From Candidatus Cloacimonadales bacterium (lineage in GTDB: Bacteria; Cloacimonadota; Cloacimonadia; Cloacimonadales; JAFGVF01): a stretch of DNA of 64,000 nucleotides. Positions within the stretch are counted from its first letter, which is position 1, and each line of letters opens with the position of its first letter. The DNA lies in assembly GCA_963677495.2 (NCBI GenBank), contig CAXXOU010000001.1, forward strand, positions 736,001 through 800,000, read 5' to 3'. Positions 41,096 to 49,445 of the stretch are shown one piece after another. The notes under the pieces are model-generated. The model was given only the letters and a program-made list of their open reading frames with translations, searched no databases and was not told the DNA's origin. A program made the translations under genes and the position numbers.

Positions 41096-42145
41096 TTACT
41101 CATCTACATTAAACATTCTACATCCAGAAAAAAAGTTAGTGTTAATGTGTTCATAATCTTTATTAATGATTAAATCATTTATCTTATTCTCAATTGCCTT
41201 GGATTCATCCTCTTTTTCAATTCTTGCATCGAACACTATCAAATAACCACAGCCATCTTTTTTATCGAGGATTTTTATACCCATTGATAAGTATCTGAAT
41301 ATTTGTTCTAAACCATCCTCTACTTTGTCTATTTTGTATGTATAAACTCCTTTTGTATTAGGGTCCCCACATGATTTTCCCATCCATTTAATTTCTATTA
41401 ATGCAAATCTAGATGAGTCCTCAAGTAAGATATCATACCTTGTTTTATCTATAAGTTCTCCCTCTTTTCCTACTTGCATACAACTCTCACGATGAATGAA
41501 TTCTTTCAAGCTTCTTTGAAATAAATACTCAGGTGCTGACCTGAGAAGATTTTTTATCTTTTTATTGGACTCCTTCTTTTCCCGGGTTGTCTGAAAGAAA
41601 AAAAGAGATATTTCCTTTCTATCTAAAGATTTTTGGTATTCATCAAACAATTGGTCAATCTGATCCATAGAATACCGTTTAGTATAAGAATGATACAAAG
41701 AAGGATTATCAAAAATACTTGTTGACACAATCGAAACACCTTCGTAGTATACATTGAATGAATGAGAAGTTTGATCGTTTCTTTCATGGAAGAGAACATA
41801 GCAATTTGAAGCGTCAGTACTTAAACCTTGTATGTTAGAACATGTGCATTGTAAATTCGTTTGATGAATGATGTTTAATGAATTATCTAAGCTTAGACAA
41901 TTAAAGTGAAAAGACTGCTTTATAATCCTAGCAAACTTGACTTGACTGTTATCTAGAATAAAACCATTTTTCTTTATGCTAGAAAGATTTATAACTAATA
42001 AAAATATCCTTTTATCGTCACGCATCCCATCCAATGGCATCAATATCTGATAAAACAAAAGTTGATAGTCTTCTGCAAGTTCTTTATTCAAATTACATAA
42101 TTTTTTGTCTCGAAGACTTCCGAATAAACTTTTATCTATTTTCAC
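41096..42145 (-). CDS. Hypothetical protein with C-terminal PD-(D/E)xK restriction-endonuclease-like domain
   Basis: PEYLFQ..E....RYDILL..ALIEIKW..Q...Y..GYLIVFDAR; GTG start overlaps the upstream TGA. Confidence 0.62.
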   Translation of the reverse strand: MKIDKSLFGSLRDKKLCNLNKELAEDYQLLFYQILMPLDGMRDDKRIFLLVINLSSIKKNGFILDNSQVKFARIIKQSFHFNCLSLDNSLNIIHQTNLQCTCSNIQGLSTDASNCYVLFHERNDQTSHSFNVYYEGVSIVSTSIFDNPSLYHSYTKRYSMDQIDQLFDEYQKSLDRKEISLFFFQTTREKKESNKKIKNLLRSAPEYLFQRSLKEFIHRESCMQVGKEGELIDKTRYDILLEDSSRFALIEIKWMGKSCGDPNTKGVYTYKIDKVEDGLEQIFRYLSMGIKILDKKDGCGYLIVFDARIEKEDESKAIENKINDLIINKDYEHINTNFFSGCRMFNVDE

Positions 42146-42798
42146 TCATCCCCCAAAACAATAGTTTCAAAAATATATCCGAAATAACCAATTAAATAGT
42201 CTTTCATGGTAGTTTCACTACCTACATCACTGGGAAACTGATTATCATACTCTTTCTTAAATTCACCCATGAATTTGATTGTAGCATTATGTGGATTCTG
42301 TGTATCTAAGTTCGACACATTTGAAGACAGTTTTTCTTTGAACTCTTCATCCCTATATATAAACCTAAACAATTTAGTATACCCATAAATACTTTGAAGT
42401 GTTACAGACAAATCTATCCACTCAATTATACTTGTTAACAATGGATCTTTGAGTAGTTTCGACTCAACAACTGAAACTCCTTCATGTGTTAGAATTGGTT
42501 TTTCAACATCATCAATATATCCATTTAGAAGCAATCTATCTAAAGCTTCATTGATTAGATTGCATTGAGGGCCCGTTGAATAAGTAACAAATTCATAAAG
42601 TTTAATTAAGTTAACAAACTCTGGATCATCTAGTGATTTACTATAGAAATGTGATAGTATAATCAACTGATACATGGACCAGTTAATATATTTCTTATTA
42701 ATTTCAATCCAACCAAGTTTCTTTGTATAATACAAAAGAATCAATAAATGTAATGCTGATACAGTTTCTTTGCTTTGTGTCTCGTTTTTATTGTTCAT
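42142..42798 (-). CDS. Hypothetical protein (possible winged-helix middle component)
   Basis: RBS GGAG before ATG 42798; EALDRLLLNGYI..LTHEG wHTH-like segment; overlaps both neighbours. Confidence 0.65.
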   Translation of the reverse strand: MNNKNETQSKETVSALHLLILLYYTKKLGWIEINKKYINWSMYQLIILSHFYSKSLDDPEFVNLIKLYEFVTYSTGPQCNLINEALDRLLLNGYIDDVEKPILTHEGVSVVESKLLKDPLLTSIIEWIDLSVTLQSIYGYTKLFRFIYRDEEFKEKLSSNVSNLDTQNPHNATIKFMGEFKKEYDNQFPSDVGSETTMKDYLIGYFGYIFETIVLGDE

Positions 42799-44863
42799 CA
42801 ATATTCTCCATGAAGGTTTCTCTAGCATCATGTAACGCTTTACTATTTATTTGTGTGATTGATTGACGTCCATAGAACATCATATCAAGTGTCTTTATTC
42901 TGTGTTTAGGTAGTTTCTTTTTTATGTGATTAAGAAAATCACTATTTCCATAATTAAAAGTAACAATCAAACTATTGCTATGTCGCAAGAAATGAATTAG
43001 AGATTCCGCTGCTTGTTGAGAATATGCTATGTCTAAACTAGAATCTGGAGTCTCAAAAATAAACATGGTAGGGTTGACGTAGAATACATCAAGAAAGCTT
43101 AGTCTAAATGACTGTTCCATAAAAAATGATTGGGATTCAGATAATTCATCACTTGAGTTGCGTGGGATTTCATCAATTACTGGAATGTAAGACTCATAAT
43201 TTGGGTTGTAAACACTTTTATCAAATTTCAAATAGCAACTATACGGTAAGAATTTCTCCGCATAAGTTGTAAACAATTTTGATAAATCCTCTGTTAATCT
43301 AATTTTCTTGTCTCTAATATCTTCGTTTAGTTTGTCCAGTTTAGCTTGAGTTTCTTCCTTCTTAGTAATATAGAGGTTTCTTTCTTTCTCGATTTTCTTT
43401 ATTCGCTCAACAATGTAATTGTTATCAGAGATTTCTCCAAATGAACCATCGTTTATCCTAGAATGTTCAAGATTTCTAATTTCAAGGTTTAACTTGAATA
43501 ATCTTGTCTCTATATCCTTTGTCTGGTTATCTAAGGCTTCAAGTTGTTTTTTTGTTTGTTGCTTTTTGTCACGGGTTGCAACAATATTCTGATCTAATTT
43601 TGCTTTATTTTGTATCAGTAATTCAATATTTTTGGGTGCTACTTCATATTGCTTTTGTATTACTGAATCACAATAGAAACAGTTCATCAAATGCTTTTGC
43701 TGAGTAGCCAAGCTTTCATCGATATCTTGCATACAGAAAGGACATAATTTTTTTTCTTCGATATACTTTAAATAGGTGTGGTACCTCGGATCTAATTTAC
43801 TGAATATTTTACGGTCTCGTTCTGACCGATATTTTTGAATTTGAGCTTCTATTTCTCCACATTCAATCATTGTTTTTTCTAACTCAGAAGATAAAATTTT
43901 TCTCTGATTTTCCAATATATTCCTCTTCCCATCAATTTCTTTACTTTTTTCAATATAAGAAAGCTTTTTTTCTCTTAATTCTGAAACATTTGCAGATGAA
44001 TTAGTTCCCGTTTTGTTCATGTCTTCTAATAGTTTTCTAAGTGGTTTTCTATCTTCTGATAGATGTCTTATTCTACTATCAAAATACTTCTTGTCATGAC
44101 TATGTTTCTCAATCTCTATAGAAATATCAGTTAAGAGATATAATGTTAAATATTCTTGAATTGTAAGATCTGCGTTGTTTTTTTCTTCCCAAAAAATAGT
44201 GGATCTAGATTCATCAAAAACGAAAATGTTAATAATGAAGAAAATAAAAGCATCAAAACTAGGTAAATTTGTTAAGTCTTTAACACATTCTTCGTATTTA
44301 TACTGAATTGATTCTCTAAATCTTCTGACATCAAAAGAATCTTTAGAAGTTTTCTCATCATAGCCATTAGTAGAGTTAGTTCCATTGAACTTGTTAAAAA
44401 GTTCGTCATAATCTGCTTGTGGCAGAACTTCTCCATTTTCATTTTGAGAACTATTTTTTTGAATAAGTCTAAATTCAAGGAGCTTATGTTCATATAGACT
44501 TCTTACAACTTCTAGTTGAGAGTCTCCGATTCTAAATGTAACTAACACTTTAGCAGAAGGCTTGATTCCATATGCTTTCATCCTATTTTTGAAATAATCC
44601 CCATGTAAAGCTCTTCGTTTTATAATTCTCTTTTCTTTATAAGTCCTTTCGAATCTAGTATGAGTTCTGTATCCACCAATCAACGCATATTTGAGTATAT
44701 TTATGAAGGTCGTTTTCCCCATGCCATTTCCACCAATGACAAGGTTAATCCCATCAATAAAGTCATAATGAATGTCTTCTTTATAAAGGCTGTAATCAAT
44801 TATTGAAATGCTTTTTAGTGTAGGGAAAATTATTCTGTTATTAAAGACAACATCATTATCCAT
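42788..44863 (-). CDS. SMC/Rad50-like ABC-ATPase with coiled coils and CxxC hook motifs
   Basis: Walker A GGNGMGKTT; FVFDE; coiled coils around CPFC..CFYC; signature LSESQ; Walker B/D-loop FIFETPDSSLD. Confidence 0.88.
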   Translation of the reverse strand: MDNDVVFNNRIIFPTLKSISIIDYSLYKEDIHYDFIDGINLVIGGNGMGKTTFINILKYALIGGYRTHTRFERTYKEKRIIKRRALHGDYFKNRMKAYGIKPSAKVLVTFRIGDSQLEVVRSLYEHKLLEFRLIQKNSSQNENGEVLPQADYDELFNKFNGTNSTNGYDEKTSKDSFDVRRFRESIQYKYEECVKDLTNLPSFDAFIFFIINIFVFDESRSTIFWEEKNNADLTIQEYLTLYLLTDISIEIEKHSHDKKYFDSRIRHLSEDRKPLRKLLEDMNKTGTNSSANVSELREKKLSYIEKSKEIDGKRNILENQRKILSSELEKTMIECGEIEAQIQKYRSERDRKIFSKLDPRYHTYLKYIEEKKLCPFCMQDIDESLATQQKHLMNCFYCDSVIQKQYEVAPKNIELLIQNKAKLDQNIVATRDKKQQTKKQLEALDNQTKDIETRLFKLNLEIRNLEHSRINDGSFGEISDNNYIVERIKKIEKERNLYITKKEETQAKLDKLNEDIRDKKIRLTEDLSKLFTTYAEKFLPYSCYLKFDKSVYNPNYESYIPVIDEIPRNSSDELSESQSFFMEQSFRLSFLDVFYVNPTMFIFETPDSSLDIAYSQQAAESLIHFLRHSNSLIVTFNYGNSDFLNHIKKKLPKHRIKTLDMMFYGRQSITQINSKALHDARETFMENIDEQ

Positions 44864-45189
44864 TATACCCCCTGTATGACATTATAATCAATGATATATG
44901 AAAAATAATTAATAAGTAGATTATGTCAATCTATTTATGTGATTTAATAACTCTTCCCCCACTCACCCCACTATCATAATTCCCAACAAACACCCCACAA
45001 ATTTCTGTGAGTCTCTTGAGGGTCACTGGGGCTGGTTGATAAGTGAGTCTCTCGAAATTGGGTAGTTAGAGATAATTTTTTCATATTTATTATGATAGGG
45101 CATAGAGACCGCATATAATCAATGATTAGATGCATTTGTTATCTTTCAAATCTTTAAAAAATTGTGCTTTTATATACCGATTTATGCAA

Positions 45190-45212
45190 AACCGTAAGCT
45201 ACGTATAATAGA
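45190..45212 (+). promoter_or_regulatory. 23-bp motif (putative promoter or recombination site), right copy
   Basis: AACCGTAAGCTACGTATAATAGA, perfect inverted copy of 39681-39703. Confidence 0.7.
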
Positions 45213-45223
45213 AGGACATTTAT

Positions 45224-45866
45224 TTTGGGCGACCCCATTAGGGTCGAGATTTGTATTACTCGGTTCCATGGGCTGAAGCCCATGGCTATTATAATGTTGC
45301 CCCTTCAGGGCATGAATACAATATTTGTGTAATTGCTCCATGGGCTAAGACCTTGGCTATTATAAGTTTGCCCCTTCAGGGCATGAATAAGATATTTGTG
45401 TAACTGCTCCATGGGCTAAGACCTTGGCTATTATAATGTTGCCCCTTCAGGGCATGAATACGATATTTGTGTAATTGTACCATGGGCTAAGCCCATGGCT
45501 ATTATAATGTTGCCCCTTCAGGGCATGAATACGATATTTGTGTAATTGTACCATGGGCTGAAGCCCATGGCTATTATAATGTTTCCCCTTCAGGGCATGA
45601 ATACGATATTTGTGTAATTGTTCCATGAGCTGAAGTCCATGGCAATATAAGGTTGTCCCGTTTAGACAAGAATGGGGAATAGATTATAACTATAAAATAA
45701 TTCCATATTAAGAACCCTAAATGGGTTCCATAACAATAGCCATAGGTTTCAACCTATGGAATAGAGATACCCCACACCTTAACCCTAAAAGGGTTATATA
45801 ATAATAGCCATAGGTTTCAACCTATGGGACAGGAACGCTCCCCATCCCAACCCTAAAGGGGTTGCC
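45224..45866. repeat. REP/REPIN cluster 1: six tandem 71-72-bp palindromic units followed by inverted units
   Basis: CCATGGGCTGAAGCCCATGG-CTATTATAATGTTG-CCCCTTCAGGGC units at 45266, 45338, 45409, 45480, 45551, 45623; inverted units at 45713-45866. Confidence 0.9.
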
Positions 45867-45893
45867 TTTCAAATAAAAATAAAGGAGATCACA

Positions 45894-46349
45894 ATGAAAA
45901 TTAAACTCGCATGTTGGATTAAATCGGTATCAGGTAAACTGGACGATTTAGTGTTTTGTGTTGATAAAAAGACCGGTAATGTGTGGGTACGTGATTATGT
46001 AGTACCTGCAAGAACAGCTCAGAATACCTTAATGGGATTGGTTTCCAAGAATTTGGCTGTTTATAAGCAAAATGTTAGCGCAGGTTATTTCTCTGATTTA
46101 GAGGATTATTCAGATAAATACAACCTAGCGACGCTAGGTCAACCGGGTAGATTGAATAGTGCTTCTACCTTAAACAAGATGATGTATGCGTTGAAGAGAG
46201 CATATCCCGCAATAGATTTAGTTACAATTACCCCTCAATATGTGGTTGATCATAGTTTACCGATTCGTACAATCGCGGAAGCAATTGAAAATAATCTTCT
46301 CCCTCAAGTGCCACGATATGATGAGTTAGTACATCTCATTGTATCATAA
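45894..46349 (+). CDS. Hypothetical protein, paralogue of 38894-39355
   Basis: RBS AAAGGAGATCACA-ATG identical to the paralogue's; shared motifs along the whole length. Confidence 0.82.
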   Translation: MKIKLACWIKSVSGKLDDLVFCVDKKTGNVWVRDYVVPARTAQNTLMGLVSKNLAVYKQNVSAGYFSDLEDYSDKYNLATLGQPGRLNSASTLNKMMYALKRAYPAIDLVTITPQYVVDHSLPIRTIAEAIENNLLPQVPRYDELVHLIVS

Positions 46350-46376
46350 ATGTACTTGGCTTTCATATACTCCGAC

Positions 46377-46410
46377 AAAATGCCCGGTTTGTTCCGGGCA
46401 TTTGTTTTTT
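46377..46410 (+). terminator. Intrinsic terminator of the 151-aa gene
   Basis: AAATGCCCGG-TTTGTT-CCGGGCATTT hairpin followed by GTTTTTT. Confidence 0.8.
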
Positions 46411-47030
46411 GGGGCGACCCCGTTAGGGTCGGGGATTTATTTTATACGTTTCCATGGGCTGAAGCCACATGGCTATTATAATGTTGTCCCTTTATACAAG
46501 AATTGGGTTGATCTGATTGTATCCATGGGTTGAAGTCAGGGTTATTGTAACGTTGTTCCGGGCATTTGTTTCTTGGGCGACCCCATTAGGGTCGGGGTTT
46601 CGTAAAATTCGTATCCATGGGCTGAAGTCACATGGCTATTATAATGTTGTCCCTTTAGGACAAGAATTGTGTTGATCCGATTGTATCCATGAGTTGAAGT
46701 CAGGGTTATTGTAATGTTGTTCCGGGCATTTGTTTCTTGGGCGACCCCATTAGGGTCGGGGTTTCGTAAAATTCGTATCCATGGGCTGAAGCCACATGGC
46801 TATTATAATGTTGCCACTTTAGGGCAAGAATTGTAGTTGATCTGATTGTATCCATGAGTTGAATCCATGGAAATTATAAGATTGTCCAGTTAGGGCATGA
46901 ACGTGGAATTTGTTGTAATTAAATATATCAATCCGTATAATGAACCCTGAATGGGTTCCATAATAATAGCCATAGGTTTCAACCTATGGAATTGATGCCC
47001 CCAGTCCTTCTACCCTAAAGGGGTAGCCCA
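46389..47030. repeat. REP/REPIN cluster 2: three 164-bp higher-order units plus an inverted unit
   Basis: TTGTTCCGGGCATTTG at 46389, 46553, 46717, each followed by GGGCGACCCC.TTAGGGTCG and CCATGGGCTGAAG; inverted unit at 46943-47030. Confidence 0.88.
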
Positions 47031-47125
47031 TTGTTTCATCTTAGCAAATATTGCAAAATAAAACCATCTTTCTTTGCTTGTAAACAACATTATATTATAT
47101 ACATCTGTAGAAATTTGGAGGAGAT

Positions 47126-47569
47126 ATGTCTACATATACGCAAATATTATATCACATTGTATTTAGCACAAAAGGACGTTATCGAACGTTGGAGCTATCG
47201 AAAAGAGAGGAAATTCTCAAATATGCCTGGGCAGTCTTGAAGAATAACAAATCATATGTTTACCAAATGAACATGATGGATGATCATTTTCATATTCTTT
47301 GTTCGATCCATCCACAGAAAAACCTATCGGATATGGTGAAGCTCATTAAGGCTTCGGTAGGGAATTGGATTAGGGATAACAATGTTTGCCCAAGATTTGC
47401 CGGTTGGCAAAACGGATATGGAGCATTTACAGTTGGGTGGAGTAACCGGGAACATTTAATCAAATATATAAAGGATCAGCAACAGCATCATAAGCGATTT
47501 ACATATGAGGTAGAATATCAGAAATTGTTGGATGATGCAGGGGTTGAATATAATAAAGAATATTTGTAA
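47126..47569 (+). mobile_element. tnpA: IS200/IS605-superfamily Y1 HUH transposase, REP-associated (RAYT-like)
   Basis: YHIVFSTK.R, HUH motif DHFHIL, WQNGYGAFTV and catalytic YIKDQ..HH; REP clusters on both sides; no tnpB. Confidence 0.9.
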
Positions 47570-47571
47570 TT

Positions 47572-47990
47572 TGGACGACCCCGTTAGGGTCGGGATTTCG
47601 TATGATCCGTTCCATGGGCTGAAGCCCATGGCTATTATAAGGTTGTCCCTTTAGGACAAGAATGCATTTTGGTTGGATTATGTTCCATGGGTTGAAACCA
47701 CATGGCTATTATAAGGTTGCCCTGTTAGGGCAAGAACACGATTTTTGTTAGATCTGTTTACGTGGGTGATGTTTATGGCTATAATAATGTTGCCTTGTTA
47801 GGGCTGGAAAATTGATCTGATGTTATTATATCGCATTTATTATAAAATAGAACGTTTATAATAAGATTTTCCAGGTAGGAATTCGCATGATCCCCACATC
47901 TTAACCCTGAAGGGGTTATTCTTATAATAGCCATAGGTTTCAACCTATGGAATTGATATCCCAAGACCTCAACCCTAAAGGGGTTGCCCA
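47572..47990. repeat. REP/REPIN cluster 3
   Basis: Begins TGGACGACCCCGTTAGGGTCG and ends CAACCCTAAAGGGGTTGCCCA (inverted termini); internal CCATGGG..CCCATGG hairpins. Confidence 0.88.
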
Positions 47991-48004
47991 ATTCATTTAA
48001 ATCG

Positions 48005-48034
48005 AAAAGAATACCCGGATTGCTCCGGGCATTT
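48005..48034 (-). terminator. Intrinsic terminator, similar in sequence to 46377-46410
   Basis: AATACCCGGA-TTGC-TCCGGGCATT hairpin. Confidence 0.65.
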
Positions 48035-48048
48035 CACTATACGACGTT

Positions 48049-48627
48049 CTATTCTATCTCTTCAATTAGCAGGTCAAAGTCATCATCCTTTTCAGGTTGA
48101 TATTCAATTATTGCCTTCAATAAGATAGTTTTCTTAATGTGCTTTGCAAGGATTGGACAATACTTTTCCAGTTTCTTTAGTGCACGTTTTATGGCAGTAT
48201 AGACCATATGATAAGTTTGAATAACAAGCTTATCCATGTTTGGTTCTTGATGAGACCATTTCCTAAGAAAGGCTTCAGTGTTAGCGATTTGATCCATTTC
48301 GAGATCATCGAAACGGGATGTATCATCTAGAGCTTGTTTCTTATACGTCCTTAGCTTTGTGAGTAGGTCAGCATTTTCTATCTGCTCCTCTCTTGCTAAG
48401 TCATAACATCTTGTAACATAATCAGCTTCCGTATCACTTGATACAGAATGGTGGTTGTTATGGGATTGGGAGTGCTCAAGGATAAAGAACAAGCGTTGAA
48501 GCTGGGTAGGTTGATTTGGATGAAGTAGAAGTTCTTCAATATACTTGAAACCATTAGTCTTCTTAATCGGTTTATCTTGTTCTTGCGTTATCCATGCATC
48601 ACGGGTAATCTTCAGGTCGTAAAACAT
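48049..48627 (-). CDS. Hypothetical protein (possible stand-alone regulatory helical domain)
   Basis: RBS GAGGT; GFKYIEELLLHPNQ and VYTAIKRALKKL...P.LAKH...I resemble the C-terminal domain of some large ATPase regulators (from memory). Confidence 0.6.
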   Translation of the reverse strand: MFYDLKITRDAWITQEQDKPIKKTNGFKYIEELLLHPNQPTQLQRLFFILEHSQSHNNHHSVSSDTEADYVTRCYDLAREEQIENADLLTKLRTYKKQALDDTSRFDDLEMDQIANTEAFLRKWSHQEPNMDKLVIQTYHMVYTAIKRALKKLEKYCPILAKHIKKTILLKAIIEYQPEKDDDFDLLIEEIE

Positions 48628-48988
48628 TTTTACCTCTTTGACTTAAACTTAGTTTAGTTAAGAGTCTTGGTAAACGGTATTGCAATCGTTTGCCTACACA
48701 GATTGCGATATTAACTCTATTCCCCGGTGTTGGGGAGACCTTACACGTAAAGATGTCCTAAAGGTTAGGACTTAAGGTCAGAGCAAGAATTCATAAAACC
48801 TCCAATGGATATGTTTAATATTATGCAATTTTAATTCCTTCGTAGATATATAATTATGGTGTTATTACGTGAATTGAGTCGGGTGCTGATTATAAGCAGG
48901 ATTATAGGTGACAAAAAAGATAGTTAACAGCTTGCAATAGTTGCTTATAACAAATATATTTTGTATACTTTGTTTACAATTGTATTGA

Positions 48989-49097
48989 TTCTACCTTTAG
49001 AATGGTCACAGACCTTCTAAATGGTACTCTTGTAAAACAATTCCACCTTGTTCGAAGTGCGCCATTCGGAAGGTCTGTGACCATTCCGAAGGTACAG
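48989..49097 (-). repeat. ~108-bp palindromic REPIN/MITE-like element, copy 3 (inverted)
   Basis: Reverse complement aligns end to end with 22907-23013. Confidence 0.82.
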
Positions 49098-49242
49098 ATT
49101 TCCAAACACTCACAAGACCGACCAGGGGGTGATTGGGTTACATACGTAAAACGGTCTCTGGACCGTTCGAATCTCGTCCGAGACTGACGAGTTATATAAA
49201 TACAAGAAATTAACCACGAAAAGCACAGAATATACGAAAATT

Positions 49243-49445
49243 GCTTTGAAAGCTATGTGCAAGTGGAGACACTCGCACTACGAGGGGCTCAACAATTTGA
49301 GCCCTAGGATGTGTCCAAATGGATAGTTTAGTCTGCAAACAATTTCTAGAGTTTGATTGTCATGAAACGAGGGTTCAAGATTTTGAACCCCTACTATATA
49401 GCTTTGCAAGCTATGTGCAAGTGGGGACACTCGCACTACGAGGGG
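49243..49445 (-). repeat. GTAG-type REP elements: 45-bp direct repeat plus a second REP type
   Basis: 49243-49287 vs 49401-49445 (2 mismatches); minus strand GTAGTGCGAGTGTC.CCACTTGC; GTAGGGGTTCAAAATCTTGAACCC at 49369-49394. Confidence 0.75.

Noticed and set aside
42788..44863. DndD (phosphorothioation), Wadjet JetC or housekeeping SbcC/RecN
   Set aside because: No dndB/C/E, jetA/B/D or sbcD neighbours; the protein is much shorter than JetC and its motifs differ.
45266..45672. CRISPR array
   Set aside because: The segments between palindromes are near-identical rather than unique spacers, there are no cas genes, and the same palindromes flank tnpA as REPs.
47126..47569. Complete IS605/IS200 element with TnpB or omega-RNA
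   Set aside because: No tnpB or iscB ORF nearby; the flanks are multi-copy REP clusters, not single IS ends.
49150..49195. tRNA fragment or attachment site (GTTCGAATC)
   Set aside because: No proper T-stem, acceptor stem or cloverleaf; the motif sits between two REP-like hairpins.
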